Assembly: GCA_013289085.1 (NCBI GenBank)
Contig: JABDAR010000002.1
Location: 69,943 to 133,942, forward strand
Direction of reading: 5' to 3'
DNA: 64,000 nucleotides
Source: Gammaproteobacteria bacterium
GTDB lineage: Bacteria; Pseudomonadota; Gammaproteobacteria; JABCZS01
Shown here: positions 28,183 to 38,733 of the stretch, one piece after another
Numbering within the stretch: the stretch's first letter is position 1
How the letters are laid out: each line of letters starts with the position of its first letter
Translations under genes and position numbers: made by a program
The notes under the pieces: model-generated
The model's input: the letters and a program-made list of their open reading frames with translations, nothing else
Database searches by the model: none
What the model was told of the DNA's origin: nothing

Positions 28183-29352
28183 ATGATTTTCTATATTATT
28201 TTATTATCTGGTCTTGGCACCTTGGGTTATTTTGGTGCGGATATGTACTTACCGAGCCTACCTAGCCTTGAAACTTACTTTTCAAGCAGCAAAGCTGCCG
28301 TTGGGCTGTCATTTAGTATTTATCTGTTTGGGATTACGATTGGACAGCTTCTATATGGCACATTATCCGATCATTTTGGGCGTAAGATGACTTTAATTTT
28401 TGGTTTAAGTTTATTTGTCATCGCCAGTATTGCCTGTATTTACAGTACCCATATTGTCACTTTTATTATATGGCGATTCATACAAGCCCTCGGTGCGTGC
28501 GCCAGCATGGTGATTTGGCAAGCCATGGTGATTGATAAATTTGATACTGACAAAACCCATCAAATTTTTGCCATAGTGTTTCCCATGCTTGCATTATCAC
28601 CTGCACTTGCGCCGACCATCGGCGGCGTTATTATTACTTTATCATCTTGGCAAATGATTTTTATCACGCTGGGATTAATCGGTTTAATTTTATTTTTCTG
28701 CGTTATATTTTTTATCAAGGAAACCATCAAGAAGACATCGCAAACTAAGGGTAATTTTCACTGGCAAGATATTAAAATCAAATACCTCACTTTATTACGC
28801 TCACCCATTTATATGGGTTATGTCTGTACTTTGGGTTTAACGTCGGGTGCATATTTTTGTTACCTCACCGCATCGCCGTTTATTTTAAAACAAATGGGTT
28901 ATAACGCGATGTATATCGGTTTATCTTATATTCCCCAAACGATAGCATTTATGATAGGCGGATTTATCAGTAAAAAAGTGGTCGATTATTTCGGTCTTAA
29001 AATAATGACTTATTGCTTATATGCCTTCGTATTGTTTGCAGCCATTTTATTTTGCGCAACGGTTATCTTCCCTTTACATCATGCGCTACAAATTATTATA
29101 CCGTTTAGTGTAATGGCCTTATTAAATGGTATTTTATATCCCCGCGGCATGAGCTTAGCGCTCAATTATTTACCAGCACTCGCCGGCACCGCCGCAGGTC
29201 TTGCCGGCAGTGTGCAAGCATTTATTGCATTTGTGAGTACGAGTATACTTGCTTCACTTTTATTTATGGGTGTTGTCAGTATGTCAGTGATAATTGTGTT
29301 GATGGCCATAGGCGGATTATTATTTTTTAAATTTTCTCAAACAGTGAAATAA
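28183..29352 (+). CDS. MFS transporter, Bcr/CflA subfamily (third paralog in window)
   Basis: 389 aa with 12 TM helices and LPSLPSLETYF...GTLSDHFGRK, the same family signature as 6304..8687. Confidence 0.8.
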   Translation: MIFYIILLSGLGTLGYFGADMYLPSLPSLETYFSSSKAAVGLSFSIYLFGITIGQLLYGTLSDHFGRKMTLIFGLSLFVIASIACIYSTHIVTFIIWRFIQALGACASMVIWQAMVIDKFDTDKTHQIFAIVFPMLALSPALAPTIGGVIITLSSWQMIFITLGLIGLILFFCVIFFIKETIKKTSQTKGNFHWQDIKIKYLTLLRSPIYMGYVCTLGLTSGAYFCYLTASPFILKQMGYNAMYIGLSYIPQTIAFMIGGFISKKVVDYFGLKIMTYCLYAFVLFAAILFCATVIFPLHHALQIIIPFSVMALLNGILYPRGMSLALNYLPALAGTAAGLAGSVQAFIAFVSTSILASLLFMGVVSMSVIIVLMAIGGLLFFKFSQTVK

Positions 29353-30529
29353 TTTCCTGCCAAGGGAGCGCTGTGATTTTCTCATGAATAGCATACGCAT
29401 GTGGTGTTCTGCAAATAATATAAGCATGTGGTGCATTCGGATAGTCTTCAAGAAATTTGATGAGATGTTTAGCATCATGTAGATTTGGATTTTCTGACCA
29501 TTTGACTTCTATCGGTATATATATTTGTTCATTCTCTAAAACGAAATCTACTTCAGGACCACTGGCATCTTTCCAATAATGTACTTTTGCATGCGGTTTA
29601 TCCATGTGCACGTAACGAATTAACTCTAAGCCTACAAATTGTTCAAATAAATCGCCCAATGTTTTAAGCGAAAGTGTAGGGCCTTCATTAGCACAAGCTC
29701 TTCGCACACCTAAATCAAAAAATAAATATTTGGGTGCTTTAATTAAGCGACGCTTTGATTTTGTTTTAATAATGGGATCGATACGAAAGGTAATTAAGCA
29801 ATCTTCTAAAATTTGATAATAATCAGCAATAGTTGATTGGGCAACACCTATAAATTGGGATAATTTACTTGCATTAATCACACTGCCTGATTCACTCGCT
29901 GCCAACTCCAAAAAGCGTGCAAAACCACCTATATTTCTAACCAACGCTTCTGCGCGCACTTCTTCTTCTAAATAAATGGAAGTATAAGCATAGAGATCAT
30001 CATTTTTATTTTGACTACCCTTTGTCATTATTACATTAGGTAACGATCCATAAATCAATATATCATCCAGATCGGTATTATTTTTACATTCTTGCCATGA
30101 TAAAGAATCCATATAAATAATCACTACGCGTCCTGGTAGTAAATTTATTTGTGCACCATGTTTTAATTTACGCGCACTTGAACCTGTTAAAATAAATTGT
30201 GCTTTATCAGCATCAATTAACAACTGGATCAAATCCATTAATTGAGGGATTTTTTGAATTTCATCAATAAAAATAAGCGGTTTTTTACCCGTCTTTTCAA
30301 TGACCAGATCTAACTCTTTAGCAAGCAGCAAAGGATCCTTCTCATAACGCACGCGCACCCGTGGATCTAGCAATGAAAAGTAAGCATCTACTGAAATTTT
30401 TTGCTTAATCAGTGTGGTTTTACCCGTTTGGCGTGGTCCTAAAAAAAGTATGCTTTTGCCACGCGCTAAAGCGGCCTCAATGCGCGGTAATATTTTTCTG
30501 TTTATATAGTCCATAGGCTTAATTATCAT
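29327..30529 (-). CDS. AAA+ ATPase with C-terminal DUF4143-like region
   Basis: 400 aa with Walker A GPRQTGKTT and Walker B LIFIDEIQ. The C-terminal part (WKDASGPEVDFVLE...IPIEVKWS) resembles the restriction-endonuclease-like DUF4143 architecture as I recall it. An alternative start is at 30514 (MDYINRK). Confidence 0.7.
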   Translation of the reverse strand: MIIKPMDYINRKILPRIEAALARGKSILFLGPRQTGKTTLIKQKISVDAYFSLLDPRVRVRYEKDPLLLAKELDLVIEKTGKKPLIFIDEIQKIPQLMDLIQLLIDADKAQFILTGSSARKLKHGAQINLLPGRVVIIYMDSLSWQECKNNTDLDDILIYGSLPNVIMTKGSQNKNDDLYAYTSIYLEEEVRAEALVRNIGGFARFLELAASESGSVINASKLSQFIGVAQSTIADYYQILEDCLITFRIDPIIKTKSKRRLIKAPKYLFFDLGVRRACANEGPTLSLKTLGDLFEQFVGLELIRYVHMDKPHAKVHYWKDASGPEVDFVLENEQIYIPIEVKWSENPNLHDAKHLIKFLEDYPNAPHAYIICRTPHAYAIHEKITALPWQEIISLFEKI

Positions 30530-30620
30530 TGAATATTAAGCCTAAGTCAAATATATTCTATATTACAGAATAATGCTTTATATTACATAGGCTTAAAGAC
30601 TGAAGTGACCTACACAGCAC

Positions 30621-31859
30621 TCAAATTAAATCATGCTGCAATAACATATTTGCAATAGCGATCACACGTGCTTCTCGCACAGCTTCTTTGATTTCTTCAC
30701 CTGATAAATGTGTCAGGCCTAAATCATGGGCGCGGACGTTTTTGGCGGCTTCGAAAAGTGTTATTAAAAATTCGCTTCTGTCAGGTTTGTGTTCATAACC
30801 TGGTCTGCCGCGGATGTCGGCTAAACAAGCAAGTCTAAATTGTTGCAGGCGCTCGGGGCGGCGGAATAGATCTAAATATTCAAATAAATTTAAAATATCT
30901 TCAGGATCTTTTCTGTCTTGTTCAATAATTTTGTATGCCAAACCATGATGGCGTGTAACTAATACGGCTAAATCGCGATAGATTCGTGGAATGCGTAAGC
31001 GATCACAGATTTGTTCGACTAATGGTGCGCCATTTTCTTCGTGCATGGGATGTTTGGGTAAATATTCTTCTGGAGTGATGCCTTTACCCACATCATGCAT
31101 AGAGGCTGCAAATCTTGTCACTGGATCTGTTGTTAATAATGCTGCTTGCTTTAATACCAAAAGGGTATGTATGCCTGTGTCAATTTCAGGATGGGTTTCT
31201 TTAGACTGCGGCGTGCCGAATAAGCGGTCTAATTCTGGGACTAATATTTTTAAAGCGCCGCACTCATGCAATACTTGAATAAATATTTCCGGATCTTTTT
31301 CTGTTAATGCGCGTTGCCATTCTTGCCAAACACGCTCTGCGACTAAGGCATTGACTTCACCGTTAGTGACCATGGTTTTCATTAAGTCCATCGTTTCAGA
31401 CGCAATGGTAAAATTTAAATAATGAAAGCGTGCAGCAAATCTTGCTAATCGTAATATGCGCACAGGATCTTCTACAAATGCAGGCGATACATGGCGTAAA
31501 ATTCTTTGATTTAAATCCTCTTGACCATGATAGGGGTCAATAATATTGCCCGCCTCATCTTCTGCCATAGCATTAATGGTTAAATCCCGACGTGCTAAAT
31601 CTTGTTCTAATGTGACATCAGGCGCGGCATGAAAAGTAAATCCTGTATAACCTGCGCTTGTTTTACGTTCTGTGCGTGCAAGCGCATATTCAGCTTTAGT
31701 TTTAGGATGTAAAAAAACAGGAAAATCTTTACCTACAGGTTTAAAATGTTGTGCTAACATTGCTTCAGGCGTACTACCGACCACCACATAATCACGTTCT
31801 GTTACATCAAGACCCAATAATTCGTCACGTACTGCGCCGCCTACTAAATAAATTTTCAC
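30621..31859 (-). CDS. cca: multifunctional CCA-adding enzyme (tRNA nucleotidyltransferase with HD domain)
   Basis: 412 aa with [25 protein letters not shown] and HD-domain motifs (HDVGK). Confidence 0.9.
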   Translation of the reverse strand: MKIYLVGGAVRDELLGLDVTERDYVVVGSTPEAMLAQHFKPVGKDFPVFLHPKTKAEYALARTERKTSAGYTGFTFHAAPDVTLEQDLARRDLTINAMAEDEAGNIIDPYHGQEDLNQRILRHVSPAFVEDPVRILRLARFAARFHYLNFTIASETMDLMKTMVTNGEVNALVAERVWQEWQRALTEKDPEIFIQVLHECGALKILVPELDRLFGTPQSKETHPEIDTGIHTLLVLKQAALLTTDPVTRFAASMHDVGKGITPEEYLPKHPMHEENGAPLVEQICDRLRIPRIYRDLAVLVTRHHGLAYKIIEQDRKDPEDILNLFEYLDLFRRPERLQQFRLACLADIRGRPGYEHKPDRSEFLITLFEAAKNVRAHDLGLTHLSGEEIKEAVREARVIAIANMLLQHDLI

Positions 31860-31867
31860 GATGAGAA

Positions 31868-32779
31868 TTACCTTATATACGTGGGCGCTATACTCTCAAG
31901 CGAAGTCGGTGTGATTTTGAACACTTCAGGAAATACAGCATCGCAGACACTTGGCAAACGGGTACTTAAATAATTATCACGTGAAAAAGGTTTGCCCGGT
32001 AAAAACTCCATCACCGTGGCCATTATTTTAGATAGGCTTGGAGTAAGACCAATAATTTTACAATGGGATTGCTTCAAATGCGCCACATAAGTCACTAATT
32101 GTTTCAACGTATAGACCTTGGGTCCACATAAATTATAACGCCCACCGTAGGTTTTTGCATTATCAATTGAGCTTATCATCGCAGTCACTACATCACCCAC
32201 ATAAACAGGGGCATATAATGAATCTGATGCGGGCAATAATAATAATCCGGGTGCTATATCCAGTAAATGTGCAAAACGATTTAGAAAAGAATCATTGGGG
32301 CCAAAAATAACTGATGGCCGAAAACTAGTAACATAAATATTATTCATCGCATGTTTATGCGCATAACTTTCAGCTTCACCTTTAGTGCGTAAATAATGAC
32401 TACTGCCTTTGGTCGAATCCGCATTGAGCGCGCTCATATGTAATAACCGTGGAACTTGATTATGCATACACGCTTGAATTACTTTTTGCGCAACCATTAC
32501 ATGTGCTTTGCGAAACCCTGAACCATTATGCAAACCTTCTTCATTTAAAATACCAATCAAATTAATCACAACATCCGCGTTTTTACACGCAGCGTTTAAT
32601 TCGCTTTGTTGATAGACATCTACTTTTTTGATAAATAGCGTCGGCAAAACCGTCATGGCTTTGAATTTTTCTGGATTGCGGCTTAATACCCTAACGGTGT
32701 ATCCTTGTTTGACCAAGGATCTACATAAATGCTGGCCGACAAAACCTGTTCCACCTAATATCACAATAGTTTTCATCAT
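31868..32779 (-). CDS. NAD(P)-binding atypical SDR (NDUFA9/complex-I 39-kDa-like epimerase/dehydratase family)
   Basis: Rossmann motif [12 protein letters not shown]. The start at [10 protein letters not shown] (32779) is preferred. The ORF-track extension to 32836 would overlap comF by 50 nt. Confidence 0.7.
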   Translation of the reverse strand: MMKTIVILGGTGFVGQHLCRSLVKQGYTVRVLSRNPEKFKAMTVLPTLFIKKVDVYQQSELNAACKNADVVINLIGILNEEGLHNGSGFRKAHVMVAQKVIQACMHNQVPRLLHMSALNADSTKGSSHYLRTKGEAESYAHKHAMNNIYVTSFRPSVIFGPNDSFLNRFAHLLDIAPGLLLLPASDSLYAPVYVGDVVTAMISSIDNAKTYGGRYNLCGPKVYTLKQLVTYVAHLKQSHCKIIGLTPSLSKIMATVMEFLPGKPFSRDNYLSTRLPSVCDAVFPEVFKITPTSLESIAPTYIR

Positions 32780-32786
32780 ATATCCA

Positions 32787-33449
32787 TTATAGATGCAATG
32801 TGCGGGCAATACAGTACACATCGACATTCGCGACATTCGCAGTGCGTAATAATTGACTTAATTCACGCACAGTATTCCCAGTAGTAAACACATCGTCAAG
32901 CAAAGCCACTCTAGAATAAGCTATAGGCCGTGTCAATTCAAAAGCGTGGCGAATATTTTTAACGCGTAAACGTGCTGGCAAACTCGCTTGTGCCTGGGTT
33001 GCTTTACTGCGCATAACGCTAGAAAAATCCACGGGTACTTGCAAGCTGCGCCCAATTATTTTTGCCAATTCCAAAGCTTGATTATAGCCACGTTCTCGCA
33101 AACGCTGTGCATGCAAAGGTACTGGAATAATCACCTCAGGTAATTCAATTTTCTGCGTATGCCAGTATTGAATAAACAATTCTGCCAACAAACTTAAATT
33201 GGCCAGTCGCGCGGAAAATTTACCCCCTAGAATCAGCTGATCAACAGGTGATAGATAATCTAAGGCTACCCAAAGCTTATCGCATCCTGATGACGATGAT
33301 TGATCTTCTATCCAGGGTAATTGTGACAAACAATCAGTGCAAATCCGGCCAAATTGCGGCAAGGATTGATGACATAACAAGCAGATCGGTTTTGGGCAAA
33401 TATTGAACAATTGTTTATAATTTAGCCTGCATAAATTTGACATACTCAC
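32787..33449 (-). CDS. comF: ComF-family phosphoribosyltransferase-domain protein
   Basis: N-terminal Cys-rich zinc-finger-like region (CLLC...CTDC) and PRTase motif LLDDVFTTGNT. The start is GTG at 33449 or ATG at 33443. Confidence 0.7.
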   Translation of the reverse strand: MSMSNLCRLNYKQLFNICPKPICLLCHQSLPQFGRICTDCLSQLPWIEDQSSSSGCDKLWVALDYLSPVDQLILGGKFSARLANLSLLAELFIQYWHTQKIELPEVIIPVPLHAQRLRERGYNQALELAKIIGRSLQVPVDFSSVMRSKATQAQASLPARLRVKNIRHAFELTRPIAYSRVALLDDVFTTGNTVRELSQLLRTANVANVDVYCIARTLHL

Positions 33450-33465
33450 TAAAACCTCTTAGACT
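33437..33465 (+). promoter_or_regulatory. candidate sigma-70 promoter for the bio operon
   Basis: TTGACA (33437..33442), a 17-nt spacer, then TAGACT (33460..33465), 30 nt upstream of the bioB ATG. It overlaps the divergent comF start. Confidence 0.45.
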
Positions 33466-33494
33466 GCCGAGCACACGGCTTAGGAAAAAACTGT

Positions 33495-34463
33495 ATGAAC
33501 ACTGCAACTTTGTGGACAATTGAAAGTCTCGAATCTTTATACCATCAACCTTTTAGCACTTTACTTTTTCAAGCACAACAAGTGCATCAAACTCAATTTC
33601 CCAATCATGATATTCAACTTTCAACACTGCTCAGTATTAAAACCGGTCGCTGTTCAGAAGATTGTAAATATTGTAGCCAGAGTGGCCATTATAAAACTGC
33701 TGTAGAAAAACAAACATTACTTGATAACGATACCGTAATTAAACGCGCGCAACAAGCCCGCGACAATGGCTCCCATCGCTTTTGCATGGGTGGTGCATGG
33801 AAATCTCCTCCAGATAAAGATTTTCCGAAAGTTTTAGACATGGTGCGTAGTGTTAAAGACTTAGGCCTTGAAACGTGTTTGACTGCCGGCATGCTGACAG
33901 AAGCACAAGCACAACAATTAAAAGAAGCGGGTCTTGATTATTACAATCATAATCTAGATACTTCACGCGAATATTATCCAGAAATTATCAGCACTCATAC
34001 TTATGATGACCGTCTAGATACTTTGAGAAAAGTGCAACAAGCAGGCATGAAAGTATGTTGTGGTGGCATTTTGAATTTAGGTGAAAGTGTCACAGATCGC
34101 TTAAAATTATTATTAGAATTAGCCAATTTAGATCCTTATCCTGAAAGCGTACCGATTAATAAATTAGTACCCATTCCCGGCACGCCGCTTGCCAATAATA
34201 AAAGTATAGATCCCTTTGATTTTGTCCGTACCATTGCCGTTGCCCGCATTATTATGCCGCGCGCGCGTATACGTCTTTCTGCAGGACGCAATGATATGAG
34301 TGATGAATTACAAGCCCTATGTTTTTTAGCCGGCGCTAATTCTATATTTTATGGTGAGACTTTATTGACAACGCCATTACCCGAACAAGATAAAGATCAA
34401 TTATTATTAAAACGTTTAGGCTTTAAAACATCTATGGCCAAGGAAACTGAAGATGTCGCCTGA
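33495..34463 (+). CDS. bioB: biotin synthase
   Basis: Radical-SAM [10 protein letters not shown] motif, 322 aa, first gene of bioBFHCD. Confidence 0.95.
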   Translation: MNTATLWTIESLESLYHQPFSTLLFQAQQVHQTQFPNHDIQLSTLLSIKTGRCSEDCKYCSQSGHYKTAVEKQTLLDNDTVIKRAQQARDNGSHRFCMGGAWKSPPDKDFPKVLDMVRSVKDLGLETCLTAGMLTEAQAQQLKEAGLDYYNHNLDTSREYYPEIISTHTYDDRLDTLRKVQQAGMKVCCGGILNLGESVTDRLKLLLELANLDPYPESVPINKLVPIPGTPLANNKSIDPFDFVRTIAVARIIMPRARIRLSAGRNDMSDELQALCFLAGANSIFYGETLLTTPLPEQDKDQLLLKRLGFKTSMAKETEDVA

Positions 34464-35532
34464 TCTGCTGTTGCAGTTACAACAGCGTTTACAGCAGCAC
34501 GATAAACTTGCCTTAACACGCAAACGTCGATTACATACAACACATAATGCACTAAATTTTACTTCAAATAATTATTTGGCACCAAAATCTTTGGATTCAT
34601 CAGGTTCCCCCGTAACTTATTACACATCCGCACATCAAGCTTTAGAACAAAGACTTGAATCGTGGCTTAATTATCCACGCGCACTTATTTTTACTTCAGG
34701 TTATCTTGCAGTCTTAGGCGCAATTACTGCATTGATTGGACCCGATGATTTTGTTGCTGTTGATAAACAATGTCATGCCAGTGTATTTGATGCACTTCAA
34801 TTAAGCAAAGCTACTTGGCAGCGGTATGCAGATGATGATCATGAACGCTTAGAATCCATATTACAAAAGAATAAAAAACCATTGCGTTTTATTATTACCA
34901 GCAGTGTATTTAGCATGCAAGGCCATTTGGCTGATTTAAATCATTTAATGCACACAGCAAAAAAATATAACGCCACTTTAATCATTGATGATGTGCATGG
35001 CACCGGTATTTTAGGACCCAAAGGTCAAGGCGCCGTTGCTCACTGGAATTTAACGCATGAAACTCCACTCATCATTGGATCCCTAACAAAAGGGTTGGGC
35101 ACACTGGGTGCTTTTGTAGCAGGCAATGAAGTCATGATGGAAGCGATTTTGCAATTTGCGCGCCCTTATATGTTCAGTACCACTTTGCCTAGTCATTTAG
35201 CAACAGCCAGTATAAAAGCGATTGATCTTGCCGAACAAGCAACTGATGCCCGCGCACACTTAAAGCAATTAATTAATTACTTCCAAAAACGTGCACGAGA
35301 ATTAGAACTGAATATTTTACCTTCCAGCACACCCATTCAAGCGATAGTATTTTCAGATATCAATTATTTACTGCAAACAACACAAGACTTATCAGAAAAA
35401 AATATTATGGTGAGCGCCATAAGGCCGCCAACTGTGCCAAAAGAAAGTCCACGCCTGCGTATTACTTTAACTGCAGCGCATCAATTTGCTGATATTGATC
35501 GTTTATTACTGGAATTAACATCTTATGAATAA
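34453..35532 (+). CDS. bioF: 8-amino-7-oxononanoate synthase (divergent)
   Basis: PLP-lysine motif [21 protein letters not shown] and C-terminal RITLTAAH. It sits in the bio operon. The N-terminal region is shorter than E. coli BioF (see findings). Confidence 0.8.
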   Translation: MSPDLLLQLQQRLQQHDKLALTRKRRLHTTHNALNFTSNNYLAPKSLDSSGSPVTYYTSAHQALEQRLESWLNYPRALIFTSGYLAVLGAITALIGPDDFVAVDKQCHASVFDALQLSKATWQRYADDDHERLESILQKNKKPLRFIITSSVFSMQGHLADLNHLMHTAKKYNATLIIDDVHGTGILGPKGQGAVAHWNLTHETPLIIGSLTKGLGTLGAFVAGNEVMMEAILQFARPYMFSTTLPSHLATASIKAIDLAEQATDARAHLKQLINYFQKRARELELNILPSSTPIQAIVFSDINYLLQTTQDLSEKNIMVSAIRPPTVPKESPRLRITLTAAHQFADIDRLLLELTSYE

Positions 35533-36256
35533 AAAAAATATTCATCTGGTCTTTATTCACGGATTTATTTTTAATAAAACCATTTGGAAACCTTTGGCGG
35601 AAAAATTAGCGCAGGACTATACCGTGCATCTCGTTAATTTACCCGGCTATAGTGAGCATGCTAATATTAAAGCGAATTCTTTATCAGAGGTTGCGCAGGG
35701 TGTATTCTCACAAATAAATGCTAAAGAAAATTTTATTTGGATTGGTTTTTCGCTAGGTGGCATGATTGCAAAATACCTTGCAAAAACCTATTCTCTACAA
35801 ACTTTGGGCATTATTACGCTTGCGTCTAATCCAAAATTTATTAAAAGTGATGACTGGACTTGTGGGGTTAATTATGGCGCATTTCATATGCTAAAGAGTT
35901 TATTTATCCGACAACCCAATAAGGCCTTAATGAGATTTTTACTTTTACAAGGTCACGAGATTGATAATAAACATGCTGAATCATTAACTCAGGAAGTTAT
36001 CCTGCGTGATCTAGATTTGCTGGAGCATGATGATTTACGCTCACTGATGTGTGAGCTCATGGGGCCACAACTGAATATTTTTGCGCAAAATGACCGACTG
36101 GTACCCATTAGTATTATTGAAAAATTAAATCACTTGTCACCCTATGCGCAAAATGTCACAATTAAAGATGCAGAACATGCACTATTATTATCTCATACAC
36201 AAGAATGCTTAACCGTTATTGAGAATTTTATAAATGAATCCATTATTACTCAATAA
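35525..36256 (+). CDS. bioH: alpha/beta hydrolase, pimeloyl-ACP methyl ester esterase candidate
   Basis: LVFIHGF oxyanion region and nucleophile elbow GFSLGG. Its position between bioF and bioC matches the Pseudomonas-type bioBFHCD operon. Confidence 0.65.
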   Translation: MNKKNIHLVFIHGFIFNKTIWKPLAEKLAQDYTVHLVNLPGYSEHANIKANSLSEVAQGVFSQINAKENFIWIGFSLGGMIAKYLAKTYSLQTLGIITLASNPKFIKSDDWTCGVNYGAFHMLKSLFIRQPNKALMRFLLLQGHEIDNKHAESLTQEVILRDLDLLEHDDLRSLMCELMGPQLNIFAQNDRLVPISIIEKLNHLSPYAQNVTIKDAEHALLLSHTQECLTVIENFINESIITQ

Positions 36257-37106
36257 AGAAAAACAGAAAATTGCTGATGGCTTTAATCGGGCCGCAGACA
36301 CTTACGATGAACATGCAATTTTACAAAAAGAAGTTCATCGTCGCTTGCTCGAAAATTTAACTTTTATAAAAATGAAACCCCAAATCATTTTAGATGTGGG
36401 TTGTAGTACAGGGTATGGAACGCGGATGTTGCAAAAACAATACCGCGGCGTAGATATTATTGGTGTGGATTTGGCCATGAACATGCTTAAAATTGCCCAT
36501 GATAAAAAGGGTTGGTTTTCAAGGCAACATTATATCTGTGCAGATGCACAAGCTCTCCCCTTCCAAGATGCTTCCGTCGATTTAATATTTTCAAATTTAA
36601 CCCTGCAGTGGTGTCCCGATTTATTAATGACCTTCTATGAATTTTTTCGAGTGTTAAAACCAGGTGGTGCATTATTTTTTTCAAGCTTAGGACCTGACAC
36701 CTTAAAAGAATTGCGCGCGAGCTGGCAAAGCGTTGATCAATACGCGCATGTCAACACATTTAAAGACATGCATGATATTGGTGATTTATTAATTAATGCA
36801 CGTTTTGTTGACCCTATTATTGATCGCCAAGATTTAACATTAACCTATAAAGACATCAAAACCCTATTAAAGGATTTAAAATATACAGGCGCGCATACAG
36901 TGCTTGGCAAACAACAAAAGTCTTTGATGGCTAAACAGAAACTACAACGCATGTATCAAGCGTATGAACAATTTCGTAATCCGCAAGGTTTATATCCGGC
37001 TACTTATGAAGTCATTTATGGGCACGCCATTAAACCTTGTTTTAATCCGATTAAATTTAAAACCTCACGCGATCCGATTTATATTCCTGTCGGAGCGATT
37101 ACATGA
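36234..37106 (+). CDS. bioC: malonyl-ACP O-methyltransferase
   Basis: SAM-binding motif ILDVGCSTGYG and N-terminal FNRAADTYDEHAILQ, typical of BioC. Confidence 0.8.
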   Translation: MNPLLLNKEKQKIADGFNRAADTYDEHAILQKEVHRRLLENLTFIKMKPQIILDVGCSTGYGTRMLQKQYRGVDIIGVDLAMNMLKIAHDKKGWFSRQHYICADAQALPFQDASVDLIFSNLTLQWCPDLLMTFYEFFRVLKPGGALFFSSLGPDTLKELRASWQSVDQYAHVNTFKDMHDIGDLLINARFVDPIIDRQDLTLTYKDIKTLLKDLKYTGAHTVLGKQQKSLMAKQKLQRMYQAYEQFRNPQGLYPATYEVIYGHAIKPCFNPIKFKTSRDPIYIPVGAIT

Positions 37107-37747
37107 AAAAGTTTTTCATTACTGGCACAGATACAGATGTGGGAAAAACATTTATTACCCGCTTATTATTAGCAAAAGTAAAAAATATGCATCAAACCGC
37201 TTTAGCGATTAAACCTATATCTGCGGGTTCTGATGATGCTATATTTTTACAGCAAGAAAATAGCATCATGTTACCCTATGAAACCATTAATCCTGTTTAT
37301 TTAAATGAACCCTTAAGCCCGCATATTGCAGCCTCCCGTGAACAAAAAAAATTAAACGCTGCAACTATTTATTCAGCATGTCTTGACGCTTTGCAGCATG
37401 CTGTTGACTATTTATTTGTTGAAGGTGCTGGCGGCTTCCTAGTTCCAATTAATGATCATGAAACAATGGCTGACTTGGCCATACAATTTAATATGCCTGT
37501 GATTCTTGTGGTCAATATGCGTTTAGGCTGTATCAATCATGCTTTATTAACAGTTGAAAATATTTTAAGTAAACAACTACCTTTAGCCGGTTTTATTGCC
37601 AATCAAACCCAAGAAAAAACTCAAGATGCTTTTGCTGAAAATATTGCAACATTACAACAACGCATTCCCGCACCCTTGTTAGGTGTCGTGCCTTATTCTA
37701 TAAATAAAGAATTCTGCCCATTAACTGATTTGATTACTCTACCCTAA
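37103..37747 (+). CDS. bioD: dethiobiotin synthetase
   Basis: P-loop FITGTDTDVGKT and EGAGG motif. Last gene of the operon. Confidence 0.85.
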   Translation: MKKFFITGTDTDVGKTFITRLLLAKVKNMHQTALAIKPISAGSDDAIFLQQENSIMLPYETINPVYLNEPLSPHIAASREQKKLNAATIYSACLDALQHAVDYLFVEGAGGFLVPINDHETMADLAIQFNMPVILVVNMRLGCINHALLTVENILSKQLPLAGFIANQTQEKTQDAFAENIATLQQRIPAPLLGVVPYSINKEFCPLTDLITLP

Positions 37748-37756
37748 GGTGTACTT

Positions 37757-38263
37757 ATGAAAAATATTTTTATTGTAATAACGGGTTTATTACTAACCGC
37801 GTGTCAGGCACAAACTGAACATCACAGCATTGAAGTGCCTATGTCTATGACAACTGACCAAGGCAGCACAGAAATGGTTGGAACCATTACCATTAGTGAA
37901 ACGCCTTATGGTTTATTGTTTAGCCCAGATTTAAAAAATTTATCCGCTGGTTTGCATGGTTTTCATATCCATGAAAATGCAAATTGCACGCCTTTAGAAG
38001 CTGCCGGTGGACATTTTGATCCCAAACATACAGGTGAGCATCAAGGTCCCTATGGCACGGGACACTTAGGCGATTTACCTGCGCTTTATGTTGATGATAA
38101 AGGCACAGCACAAACCCCAGTGTTAGCCCCTCGCATCAAAACATTAAGTGAAATTAACCATACCGCATTAATGATACATGTAGGTGGAGATAATTATAGT
38201 GATCACCCTCATCCTTTAGGTGGCGGCGGAGCGCGTATGGTGTGTGGTGTGATTAATATGTAA
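37757..38263 (+). CDS. sodC: Cu,Zn superoxide dismutase, lipoprotein-type signal
   Basis: [17 protein letters not shown] and [12 protein letters not shown] motifs, with lipobox LLTAC. Confidence 0.9.
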   Translation: MKNIFIVITGLLLTACQAQTEHHSIEVPMSMTTDQGSTEMVGTITISETPYGLLFSPDLKNLSAGLHGFHIHENANCTPLEAAGGHFDPKHTGEHQGPYGTGHLGDLPALYVDDKGTAQTPVLAPRIKTLSEINHTALMIHVGGDNYSDHPHPLGGGGARMVCGVINM

Positions 38264-38271
38264 ACTCCTAA

Positions 38272-38305
38272 TAGCTATGGGCGTTTTCTTACAAGCCCAT
38301 AGCTA
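38272..38305 (+). terminator. hairpin downstream of sodC (non-canonical terminator candidate)
   Basis: TAGCTATGGGC (38272..38282) pairs with GCCCATAGCTA (38295..38305) across a 12-nt loop. No U-tract follows. Confidence 0.4.
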
Positions 38306-38484
38306 AAATCTGATCCTTGACCTGTCACCTAAAATTCACATTTTTATAAAAATAATTTATTATTTTTCAAACACTTGTGTGACATATAACCATCTCACCT
38401 GCTCAAAGTGGGGGGCTTTTTTCTTGTTACATTTTAATATAATCTTAAGCAATTACTGGTCTAATCATCTTAGGAACCTAAGAA

Positions 38485-38733
38485 ATGGCTTACAAAAGGA
38501 TACTTAAAATGATACTCACTATGAACAAGAGCAAAAGCATGAAGCAACTCGCAGCCATTAGCTTTACAGTCTTAAAAGGCTTAACTCTAATTGCAGCTTT
38601 TTTATGTCTAGTTGACATTACAACTGCCCCCATTGGCGGTATTATTTTTTTTAGTGCTATTTTTACTGTGGGATTAGCCGGATTTGGTTCCGCAATATTA
38701 GTATTTCATTTGCTCGCAAAAGTTTCACGATAA
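38485..38733 (+). CDS. small hypothetical membrane protein (two predicted TM helices)
   Basis: 82-aa ORF with two hydrophobic stretches. Its 3' end overlaps the pyrE 3' end by 28 nt. The ribosome-binding site is weak. Confidence 0.35.
   Translation: MAYKRILKMILTMNKSKSMKQLAAISFTVLKGLTLIAAFLCLVDITTAPIGGIIFFSAIFTVGLAGFGSAILVFHLLAKVSR

Noticed and set aside
33450-33494. Search for a BirA operator (long TTGTAAACC-type palindrome) upstream of bioB.
   Set aside because: Only a candidate promoter and a weak GCCG/CGGC 4-bp repeat are present. There is no extended palindrome resembling a bio operator, so none is called.
38317-38422. Possible small RNA in the 220-bp sodC to small-ORF spacer. TTGACC lies at 38317..38322, and a G-rich segment followed by T6 lies at 38408..38422.
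   Set aside because: No acceptable -10 hexamer lies at 16-19 nt from the TTGACC; the nearest TATAAA is 22 nt away. The stem preceding the T-run is only about 5 bp including a G-U pair (CTCAC/GTGGG). The evidence is too weak to call an RNA gene, and this may simply be the sodC terminator region.
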